DNA of 64,000 nucleotides, from positions 38,646 through 102,645 of the forward strand of contig CAZOQA010000001.1 in assembly GCA_964581775.1 (NCBI GenBank), given 5' to 3'. The first letter of the stretch is position 1. Each line of letters begins with the position of its first letter. Under the pieces are notes generated by a model that searched no databases, was not told where the DNA came from, and saw only the letters and a list, made by a program, of their open reading frames with translations. Origin of the DNA: an uncultured Thermoplasmatales archaeon. Lineage in GTDB: Archaea > Thermoplasmatota > SW-10-69-26. Shown here in pieces: positions 56,072-64,000 of this stretch. A program made the translations under genes and the position numbers.

Positions 56072-58114
56072 TTAAGCTGCACCCGTCGGTTGTCCGCCGC
56101 CGACGTCGCTTTCTCGCGAGCGTCCGGTGCTCTTCGTGATCGCCTCGGCCAGGCGGGTCATCAGGGATTGCTTCTCCTGGCCCACAAGCACGTGTTCCAT
56201 GACCTCGTCAAGGGTCTCGCAGGGGATGACCTCGATCTTGTCCTGGTACTCCTCGCTCAAGAGCACATCGTCCTCGTTGGCCTTCGGGATCACGACCTTC
56301 TTGATCCCGGCCGCCGCGGCGGACTCGATCTTGGGTGTGACACCGCCGACAGGGAGAACCTCGCCGCGAACGGACAACGAGCCCGTCATGGCCACGGACT
56401 GGTCCACGCCCAGGTCCTCGAGCGCGCTGATCACGGCCGTCGCGACGCTGATGCTCGCGGAGTCACCCTCGACGCCTTCGTACGTGCCGATGAACTGGAT
56501 GTGCACGTCCAGGTCGCTCATGTCCACGCCCGTGTACTTCTTGACGAGGGCGGAGACGTTCTGAACGGCCTCTTCGGCGATCTCGCCGAGCTTGCCGGTG
56601 GCGATGACGCGGCCTTCGTTCTTGCTCTGGGCGGGTGTGACCTCGGCCACGATCGGCAGCATCAGCCCGCTGGGTTCGCCGACTTGGTCTCCGCCCATCA
56701 CGGCGAGCCCGTTGACGCGCCCGATGGCGTCGCCTTCCGTTTTGAAGGATCGGTAGTCCTGTCGGCGCGTGATGGTTTGATCCGCGATCTGTTGCTCGAG
56801 CGAGCGGGAGACGCGCTTGGCCCGTTGGACGTGTTGGCTGGTCACGATGGGGGCCTTCTCTTCGACGGCGACGTCTCCGGCCACGCGGACGAGCCCGCCC
56901 AGCTCGCGCAAACGGAGCGTAAGCCGGCCCTTGCGGCCGCTTCGGCGTTGGGCTTCACGGAGAAGCTCCGTGATGGCACCGGTGTCGAAGTGCGGGATCT
57001 TGCCGTCTTTGGAGACCTCTTGCGCGATGAACCGGACGAGCTTTGCGCGGTTCTCGTGCGTGTCCGGCATGTCCGAGTTCATGTACACCTCGTACCCGTA
57101 CCCGCGGATGCGGGACCGGAGGGCGGGGTGCATGCCTTGGTTGAGCGGGTTCCCGGGTTGGCCCTCGATCGCGTCGAGGTTCCCGCTGGCGACCAGGATG
57201 AAATCGCACGGGACGGCCTCGGTTTTGACCATGGCGCCGCTGGAGCGTTCGGACTGACCGAGGATGCTGAACTCCTTCTCTTGGAGCGCGGTCAACAGCT
57301 GCTGCTGGCTCTCTTGGCGCAGCGTGTTGATCTCGTCGATGAAGAGCACGCCTTTGTGCGCTTTGTGGATGGAGCCGGGTTCGACGCGCTCGTGGGCGGG
57401 GGTCCCGAGGCCGCCGGATTGGAAGGGGTCGTGGCGCACGTCCCCGAGCAGGGCCCCGGCGTGGGCGCCTGTGGCGTCCTCGAACGGGGGTGTGGTTCGT
57501 TTGTCGTTGGCGACGAGCAGCTTGGGCACGCTTTGGGACTCGCGCGAGCCCATCTGTCGCATGACGAGGAACAGGATGGCGGCGGCGATCACGCCCACGA
57601 GGAGCACGGTCACGTCCCGCGTTTGGAGGAAGTAGAGGAACGCGAACGCGCCGATCGCGAGCATGATGAACAGTTGCAGCGTGGCTTTGCGCTCTTCGCG
57701 CTTTTGGGCCTCGGCCTTCTGCGCGTTCACAATCTCTCGGCCTTTTCCCGAGGGGACGACCCGGATGCGGGGGTTGTTCTCGTCGTCCTGGTTGGGGTAG
57801 ACGATGACGTCCTCAAGCTCCTCGGGGGGCAAAAGGGCCGACATGGCTTGCGCCAGCATGGATTTGCCCGTGCCGGGGTCGCCGATCATCATGACGTGGC
57901 GTCGCTGCTCAGCGGCCTTCTTGACCACTTCGACGGCCAGCTCTTGACCGATGACCTGGTCGACGAGCTTGTCGGGGATCTCGATGTCGCTGGTGGACTC
58001 GAAGGATTGCCCTTCCACCCAGTCGTCCACCGGGATCTTGACGACCGCTTCCTGCTCTCGGTCGTCGTCGGCGGGTGGGGCGTCGCCAGGGGGTGTTTGG
58101 TTCGGAGCCATCAA
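56072..58114 (-). CDS. lonB: archaeal membrane-bound Lon protease
   Basis: AAA+ Walker A MIGDPGTGKSMLAQAM. Two TM helices inserted in the ATPase domain (LFIMLAIGAFAFLYFL..LLVGVIAAAILFLVM). C-terminal S16 protease domain with Ser-Lys dyad (MTGSLSVRGEVLPVGG...K). Confidence 0.9.
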   Translation of the reverse strand: MMAPNQTPPGDAPPADDDREQEAVVKIPVDDWVEGQSFESTSDIEIPDKLVDQVIGQELAVEVVKKAAEQRRHVMMIGDPGTGKSMLAQAMSALLPPEELEDVIVYPNQDDENNPRIRVVPSGKGREIVNAQKAEAQKREERKATLQLFIMLAIGAFAFLYFLQTRDVTVLLVGVIAAAILFLVMRQMGSRESQSVPKLLVANDKRTTPPFEDATGAHAGALLGDVRHDPFQSGGLGTPAHERVEPGSIHKAHKGVLFIDEINTLRQESQQQLLTALQEKEFSILGQSERSSGAMVKTEAVPCDFILVASGNLDAIEGQPGNPLNQGMHPALRSRIRGYGYEVYMNSDMPDTHENRAKLVRFIAQEVSKDGKIPHFDTGAITELLREAQRRSGRKGRLTLRLRELGGLVRVAGDVAVEEKAPIVTSQHVQRAKRVSRSLEQQIADQTITRRQDYRSFKTEGDAIGRVNGLAVMGGDQVGEPSGLMLPIVAEVTPAQSKNEGRVIATGKLGEIAEEAVQNVSALVKKYTGVDMSDLDVHIQFIGTYEGVEGDSASISVATAVISALEDLGVDQSVAMTGSLSVRGEVLPVGGVTPKIESAAAAGIKKVVIPKANEDDVLLSEEYQDKIEVIPCETLDEVMEHVLVGQEKQSLMTRLAEAITKSTGRSRESDVGGGQPTGAA

Positions 58115-58281
58115 ACGATCCTCGGCGAGCGGGTCGGCGCGTCCTCTCTGTCTCTCGAGAGGGGGCTTTAACCTTCCGACCGCTGCACGTATGAAGTAAC
58201 AGGGCCCCGCATAAAAGCCTTCCAGGCAAGGACGGTCCGCCCACGCGCCCCTCCCGCAAGGGCCGCGCGCGGGCCCGTCGG

Positions 58282-58289
58282 TTTTAACC
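58282..58289 (+). promoter_or_regulatory. TATA-like TTTTAACC box about 26 nt upstream of the prs ATG (leaderless transcript likely)
   Basis: cggTTTTAACCggg centred about 26 nt before the ATG at 58312, the spacing expected for an archaeal TATA box on a leaderless mRNA. Confidence 0.45.
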
Positions 58290-58311
58290 GGGCGAGCCTA
58301 TCCCCTCCTCG

Positions 58312-59175
58312 ATGCACGTCACGGCGGCGCCTGGGCGGGCCCTCCTCGCTCAAGAGCTAGCAAGCAAGCTGGATGCGGAGGCTACCACATACGAGCGGTC
58401 CACGTTCCCGGATGGGGAGATCCACGTCCGTCTGGCGGAAGAGGTGGACGGCCCGGTCGTCGTGCTCGCCGACGCCCGGCCCAACGAGCGCTTGGTGGAG
58501 GCTCTGCTGGCCGCGGACGCGGCCTTGGAAGCGGGGGCGAGGGAGCGGATCCTGGCCGTTCCCTACCTGGCGTATGCCCGCCAGGACCGGGTTTTCGAGC
58601 CGGGGGAGGCGGTGAGCGCGAGAGCGGTGAACCGTGCCTTGGGGACCGCTGCGGATGCGCTGTGCACGGTCGACGTGCATGCCGAGGCCGTGTTGGAGCA
58701 TTTCCCGGGCCCGACCGCGGACGCGAAAGCGATCCCGGAGCTTGCCGAGGAGCTTGGCGAGCTCGGGGTCGAGCTCGTGTTGGCTCCGGACGAGGGGGCT
58801 CGCTCCTTGGCCGAGGGCGTGGCTGAGCGGTTGGAGATCCCGCACGATCACCTCGTCAAGACTCGGCATTCGAGCAGGGAGGTCTCGATGGAGCCGAAGG
58901 ATCTGGACGCGAGCGGGGCCCGCGTCGCGATCGTGGACGACATCATCGCGACGGGTGGAACGATGGCCACCGCCACGGGTCATCTGTTGGAGGCGGGCGC
59001 GGAGCGCGTGCTCGTCGCTGCGACACACGGCGTGTTCGCGTCCGGCGCGGACAAGCGCTTGGAGGATGCGGGCGTGGATGAGATCATCGTGACGGACGCG
59101 ATCCCGTCCGAGCGGTCGTCGGTGTCGTGTGCGGGGGCTATCGCGCGCGGCGTATCGCGGCTGTTATCGCGGTGA
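58312..59175 (+). CDS. prs: ribose-phosphate pyrophosphokinase
   Basis: PRPP-binding loop VAIVDDIIATGGTMATA, flexible-loop and Mg-site motifs. 287 aa. Confidence 0.9.
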   Translation: MHVTAAPGRALLAQELASKLDAEATTYERSTFPDGEIHVRLAEEVDGPVVVLADARPNERLVEALLAADAALEAGARERILAVPYLAYARQDRVFEPGEAVSARAVNRALGTAADALCTVDVHAEAVLEHFPGPTADAKAIPELAEELGELGVELVLAPDEGARSLAEGVAERLEIPHDHLVKTRHSSREVSMEPKDLDASGARVAIVDDIIATGGTMATATGHLLEAGAERVLVAATHGVFASGADKRLEDAGVDEIIVTDAIPSERSSVSCAGAIARGVSRLLSR

Positions 59176-61123
59176 CGAGCATCGTGGCGAGCACGGGGAC
59201 GCCGGGCGCGTCTTGTTGTTCGTCTGAGGGGGTCGGATCGGGGTCGTCGGGGGCGGTCACGTTGAAGGTTGCGTGGGCGAGGAGGGTCCCGTTGGGGGCC
59301 AACGCTTCGACGCGGTGGACGCCTTCGTCCTGGGGGGCCAGCGTGTGCGTGAACGTGCGCCATTGGCCCCCCTGGACGGGATGGTCTTGCTCGAACTGGG
59401 GGACGCCGTCGAGGTGCACGGTCACGGGCCCGTGGTAGGGAGCCTCGCCGGTGTTGTTGATCCTGGCGCCGAGGGTCACGTTCTCGGCGTCGTCGGGTTC
59501 GCGGGGCCAGATGTCGAGCGTGACGTGGGGTTCGGCGGGGCGAACGACATCGATGTCCAGGGTGGAGTCTTGCACGCGGAGGCTGTACGAGCCGCGGGGT
59601 TGGGGGTCCACGTCAGCGCTGGCTTGGACGCTTGCGCCGGCTGGGAGCGTGGCTTTGAGCGTCCCGTTTTGCGTCCCGTCGACGAGCACAGGGAGCTCGA
59701 CGGTGGTCTCGCGCGTGTCGAGGTTCGTCAAGGCGACGCGGACGGTGAAGGGTTGCTCGGCCACCACCGGGGAGGGGTCGGTGTCGAGCAGGCGGATGGC
59801 GGCCTCGCCCGGGAAGAGGCCTCCGGCGCGGGGAACGTCGGTCCCATACACGTAGCGGTCGAAGAACGCGGTCAGGGAGGTTCCTGTGACCTCGTGGATC
59901 ACGTCCTCGAGGTCTTGGTTGGTGAACCGGTCGTCGCCCCAGGCGTTTCTCCCTTGCTCGGCGGTGGCCTCGTTGGTGTGGCGGAGCACGTCGGCGAGCG
60001 TGTACTCTTGGCGGGTGGCGTCGCGGATCTCGTCGTTGAGCGCGGTCACGACGACGGCGCCTTTCTCGTACGCGGCCCGCTCGTTCCCGCTTCCGTACAC
60101 GGCCGTGCGGAGGTCGACGCCGTGCTGGGTCGTGGCTTCGTCGTGCGTTTCCTCGAGCCAGTCTAGGGCCTCCTGCCGAGTGGTGAGCCCGCTTGCGACC
60201 TCGAGCAGCTTGCCGTGGACCTCGGCGGTGCCTTCGGCCAGCCAGATGGTCGCGTCGGGGCCTCGGGAGAACTGCCAGCCTTGGTAGGCGTGCACCATCT
60301 CGTGCGCGACGATGCTCTCGTCGGCGTCCGCGTGCAGGAACACGCCGTCGGGGCTGGCTAGGCCTCCGCGGAACATGGGATCGGGGCCGACCACGATGAA
60401 GCGCTGGTGGACGACCTCGCTGTACAGGCCGGTCAGGAATTCGCGCGCGGTGAGGAGGATCTGTTCGGTGTGCTCGGCCTCTTGCGCGTGCTCGGTGCGG
60501 ACGATGCGGTAGGGGTCCTCATGGTCGCCCAGGCGGATCTCTTCGAGGTCGTCGTCTGCGACCAGGAACCCTCGGGGGATGGGGGTTCCGGTCTGGAAGG
60601 ACCGTTCGCCGCTTTCCTCCCAGGGGCCCGCCACGGTCCAGCCCTCGGGCGCGCGGACGGTGAGCGTGGTCTGGAAGGAGGGCTCGGGGGGTTGGAAGTT
60701 GTAGCGGATGCTGGGGACCATTTGACCGGCCCGGACGATGGCGAACTCCTCGCCCACGTAGCTGGTGTGACCTTCCCCTTCGAACGTCTGGGTGCTGATC
60801 TGACCGTCCGAGGTCCAGGAAGCCTTCGCATTGGGGGTGGCCTCCAGGTCCGCCACGGCCCATTGGGCTCCGGGTTCCCAGTCCCAGTCTCCCTCGAGCG
60901 TGGGTTCCCCCTGCAACCGGTCCAGGTTCCCGAACCCGAGCTGGAGCGTGGCCAGGTTGGCGCGGTCGGTGACCTCGAGCTCGATGTCCACGTTCCCTTC
61001 GCTCGGGTCGAGCACGAACTCGAGCTCGAACCGGGGCTCCTGGCTGGATGGTTGCGCCTCGGCGCTGGCTGGGAGGGCGACGAGGAGGGTTACCAGGCTG
61101 GCCACGATCAGGACCCGGCGCAC
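59138..61123 (-). CDS. secreted zinc metallopeptidase (HEXXH) with CARDB-like beta domains and C-terminal anchor/sorting tail
   Basis: Signal peptide MRRVLIVASLVTLLVALPASAEA. IVAHEMVHAYQ zincin motif. C-terminal beta-sandwich repeats with sequons. Tail ...DAPGVPVLATMLVTAITAAIRRAR. Confidence 0.65.
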   Translation of the reverse strand: MRRVLIVASLVTLLVALPASAEAQPSSQEPRFELEFVLDPSEGNVDIELEVTDRANLATLQLGFGNLDRLQGEPTLEGDWDWEPGAQWAVADLEATPNAKASWTSDGQISTQTFEGEGHTSYVGEEFAIVRAGQMVPSIRYNFQPPEPSFQTTLTVRAPEGWTVAGPWEESGERSFQTGTPIPRGFLVADDDLEEIRLGDHEDPYRIVRTEHAQEAEHTEQILLTAREFLTGLYSEVVHQRFIVVGPDPMFRGGLASPDGVFLHADADESIVAHEMVHAYQGWQFSRGPDATIWLAEGTAEVHGKLLEVASGLTTRQEALDWLEETHDEATTQHGVDLRTAVYGSGNERAAYEKGAVVVTALNDEIRDATRQEYTLADVLRHTNEATAEQGRNAWGDDRFTNQDLEDVIHEVTGTSLTAFFDRYVYGTDVPRAGGLFPGEAAIRLLDTDPSPVVAEQPFTVRVALTNLDTRETTVELPVLVDGTQNGTLKATLPAGASVQASADVDPQPRGSYSLRVQDSTLDIDVVRPAEPHVTLDIWPREPDDAENVTLGARINNTGEAPYHGPVTVHLDGVPQFEQDHPVQGGQWRTFTHTLAPQDEGVHRVEALAPNGTLLAHATFNVTAPDDPDPTPSDEQQDAPGVPVLATMLVTAITAAIRRAR

Positions 61124-61299
61124 GGTGCCCTCGACGGGCAGGCCTTTGAAAAGCGTTGTGAAGAACCCCCTACAGGCCAGGGAGGGCAGGGAGGCATCGA
61201 AGAAGCCCCGGACCGAGCCCGCAACGGACTAATAGGAGGAGTAGCATCCCGGCGCACCCTCCTTAGAGAAGGGGAGGCCCCCGTCAGGTGATCGAGGGC

Positions 61300-63990
61300 A
61301 TGACCACGGCTAGGAAACGGCTGTTCATCATCGCGCTGCTCGTCCTCACGGTCGCGGCAGGGTTCACGCTCCGCACGGCGCTGAACTACGACGCCGCCAC
61401 CCCGGAAGAGGGCGAGTTCCTGCTCTCCGGGAACGACCCGTACTACTACGCGCATGCCGTGGAACACATCGTCGAGAACTGGGAGACCCTGCACTTCGAC
61501 GAGATGATCAACTTCCCCCTAGGCTCCGTCAACCCGAACCCACCGCTGTACATGTGGAGCGTGGCCATCGGTAGCGAAGCCATCAGCCTGTTCACCAGCG
61601 ACGACACCGCGATGTGGTTGTCGATCCTGTACTCCCCGGCCTTCTGGGGGGCGCTCACCATCCTGCCAGCGTACTTCATCGGCCGCGAGTTCGCGGGCCG
61701 ATGGGGAGGGCTCTTCGCAGGGTTCCTCGTGGCCACGAGCCCCGAGCACATCAGCCGATCGAGCCTCGGGTTCAGCGTGCACGACCCGATGTTCCTGTTC
61801 CTGGCAGCCACGGGGATGTATTTCATCATCCGGGCGCTCAGGCTGGTGGGAACCCCGTCCCACCATACGAGCATCAAGAACGTCTGGAGAGACTACCCTG
61901 ATTGGTTCTCCACGCACCGAAGCGCCGCGGGCGCGGCCCTGATCGCCGGCGGGTTGTTCGGGGGCGTGGCTCTCACCTGGAAGGGCTTCCCGTACCTGTT
62001 CGCCGTCCTGTTGGCGTACGCAGGGTTGCAATTCCTGATGAACCACTGGCGCGGCAAGGACGTGGCCCGTCCCCTGTACGTGCTTGGCACCGTCGCCGTC
62101 ACCGCGCTCGTCATGGCGCTCCCCTATTACGCGGTCTTCGATCTGATCCGCTTCTGGTACCCAGGCCTTTACCTCGTCTCGGCCTTGCTCGTCATGGGCC
62201 TTTTCTTCCTCTCCGTGCAGCGCTACCCGGCCGTGCTGGTGCTACCCGGGTTGCTCGTCGTGGGTGGCGTCTTCGCGGCCATCATGTTCCTCATCTTCCC
62301 GGACATCAGCGCGGCCCTGTTGAACCGCTTCGTGTACTTCCAGGACAACCGCCTCTACCAGACGATCGCTGAGGCGCGGCCCTCGGGCGTCACGGAGCTC
62401 TCCTTCGCTGTGGGGCCGATCCCGTTCTTCCTGTACATCACCGGGTTCTTCTGGCTGGTCTACAGGATCTGGGACGCCGCACGCCCTGCAGAGGTGTTCT
62501 TCCTGGCGTGGGTGGCCGTGGACATGTTCATGGCCATCAGCGCGGTGCGATTCCTGTTCACAAGCTCCGTGACCATGGCCACGCTGGCAGCCATCACCCT
62601 GATCTGGCTGATCCGAGCCATGGATCTGCCAAGCATCGCAGAAGGCTACAAGCTGGCCGGGGGCGGATGGCGAGGCATCCGGCGCTCCACGAACCTCATG
62701 CACGTGGTCCTTGTCCTCTTCATTGGGCTTTTGATCCTGATCCCGAGCGCCGTCATCGCCGTGGACGCGGCCATCCCCTCGGATTACTCCCGCGAGAGGG
62801 CGCAGGAGGCGCAGGCGCAAGCCTTCCAAGCCGCGAACCAAGAGGCCCACGCGCAGGGCCTCTCGGACGAGGCCATCCAGGACGTCCAGCAAGCTCTCAA
62901 CCAATCCCGCAACGCGGAGGACTTCCGCAACCAGTTAAGCGACCTGCGCTTGCAGCACGGGTTCAGCCAGCAAGCCGCGGACGCGATCTTCGGCGCGGCA
63001 GAACCGCACCTGGAAACGATGGGCTGGTACACCATGCGGCTGGGTGCGTTCGGTCAAAGCTTCTTCCCTGCCAGCTGGGACTCCGCGCTGGGCTTCCTAG
63101 CCTCGCAGGATACGGACGAGGAGCCCGCGGACCGGCCCGCCGTGATGACGTGGTGGGACTACGGGCACTGGACCATCGCCGTCGGCGATCACCCCACCGT
63201 CGCGGACAACTTCCAGAACGGGTTCCGCACCGCAGGCAACTTCCTCGTCGCGCAAAACGAGACGCACGCCATCCAGATCATGGGCGCCCGGTACGCGGAA
63301 GCCCTCGACGAAGGCACGTACGTCGAAACGCTCACCGACCGCGGCATCAGCCAAGACCGCGCCGAGTTCATCCAGAGCGAGTTCCGCGCGGAGCGCTACC
63401 CGTTCATCCCGTTCTCCGAGGATCAAGACGAGAACCGAGCCATCACGACCGACTGGTACGACGAGATCGAGGAGATCCATGGGGGCGAGATCCGGTACGT
63501 CATCACCGACAACCGCATGCTCCCCATCGACAACCCCCAATCGCAGCGCATCGAGAACCCCAGCATCTTCTACGCGCCCGTCACCCTCGCCGGGGAAGAC
63601 CCCGACGATTACGTGGAGACGAGCCTCGTCGACATGACCACGGGCGAGAAGATGACCGAGCAGGAGCTCCAACAGCTGCAACGGGAGGCCCCCGCGGAGG
63701 AGATCAACGTGGGCGAGCGCCTGTTCTACAAGGCATCCTTCTTCGAGTCCATGTACTACCGGACGTTCGTGGGCGTGCCCGCAAGGGAACCCATCCAGCA
63801 GGGCGGCCAAACCTTCCCGATTCCGTTCACGATCGACGAGTACCCCGAGTTCTACAACTCTGACCGGCAGATGCTGTTCTCGCAAAGCCCGGAGGTCAGC
63901 GGGCTGGCGCTCACACAGGAGACCGCGCCAGGGTTCGGGCTCGACAACTTCCGCCTCGTCTACGGGAACAACGACGTGCGCGTTCTCGAG
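61300..63990 (+). CDS. aglB: archaeal oligosaccharyltransferase AglB (STT3 family), 3'-truncated by the window end
   Basis: 13 TM helices, then the hallmark WWDYG motif (VMTWWDYGHWT) and a periplasmic C-terminal domain. The frame is open to the window end. The Arg-rich overlapping frames 62508..63863 (+) and 63097..63885 (-) were rejected. Confidence 0.85.
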
Positions 63991-64000
63991 TATACGCCCG

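Noticed and set aside
62508-63885. Plus-strand (62508..63863) and minus-strand (63097..63885) ORFs inside aglB
   Set aside because: Both are Arg/Gly-rich and overlap the AglB reading frame, which contains the diagnostic WWDYG motif and 13 TM helices.

Overview
This is a high-GC (about 65-68%) archaeal chromosomal segment, most consistent with a halophilic euryarchaeon of the Halobacteria type. The evidence is a strongly acidic proteome, several twin-arginine lipoprotein signals with [LA]-[AG]-G-C lipoboxes, archaeal RNA polymerase and ribosomal genes, LonB, AglB (STT3), Lhr and Hef-like helicases, and two archaeal-type tRNAs. Coding density is high. Many six-frame ORFs are Arg-, Gly- or Val-rich antisense artefacts of the GC content and were not called. 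Housekeeping content includes aconitase, gyrB, the rpoE-spt4-DUF359-rps24e-rps27ae operon, a purN-folC-folP-folB cluster, a thiolase pair, pncB, nadM, prs, sod, mgtE, bioY and a ZIP transporter. There is also a large secretome: S1, S8, M14 and HEXXH proteases, a cyclophilin, a PKD/cupredoxin-like lipoprotein, a sequon-rich glycoprotein, and other surface proteins. I found no CRISPR array, transposase or integrase. The most notable signals are: (i) a recurrent C-terminal tail (Pro/Gly/Ser linker, Ala/Leu-rich hydrophobic helix, Arg cluster) on at least six secreted proteins, resembling a non-PGF archaeosortase-type sorting signal; (ii) a C17 homopolymer and GC i-motif/G4-like tract inside the 3' end of the sequon-rich glycoprotein gene that leaves the ORF without a sensible stop; (iii) a His-rich Tat lipoprotein with cupredoxin-like domains lacking the copper-ligand Cys; (iv) an Hsp20 with a long Gln/Pro-rich N-terminal extension; (v) an actin-fold ATPase divergent from a membrane protein gene; (vi) a short PEPCK/HprK-fold P-loop protein with G6 tracts upstream.
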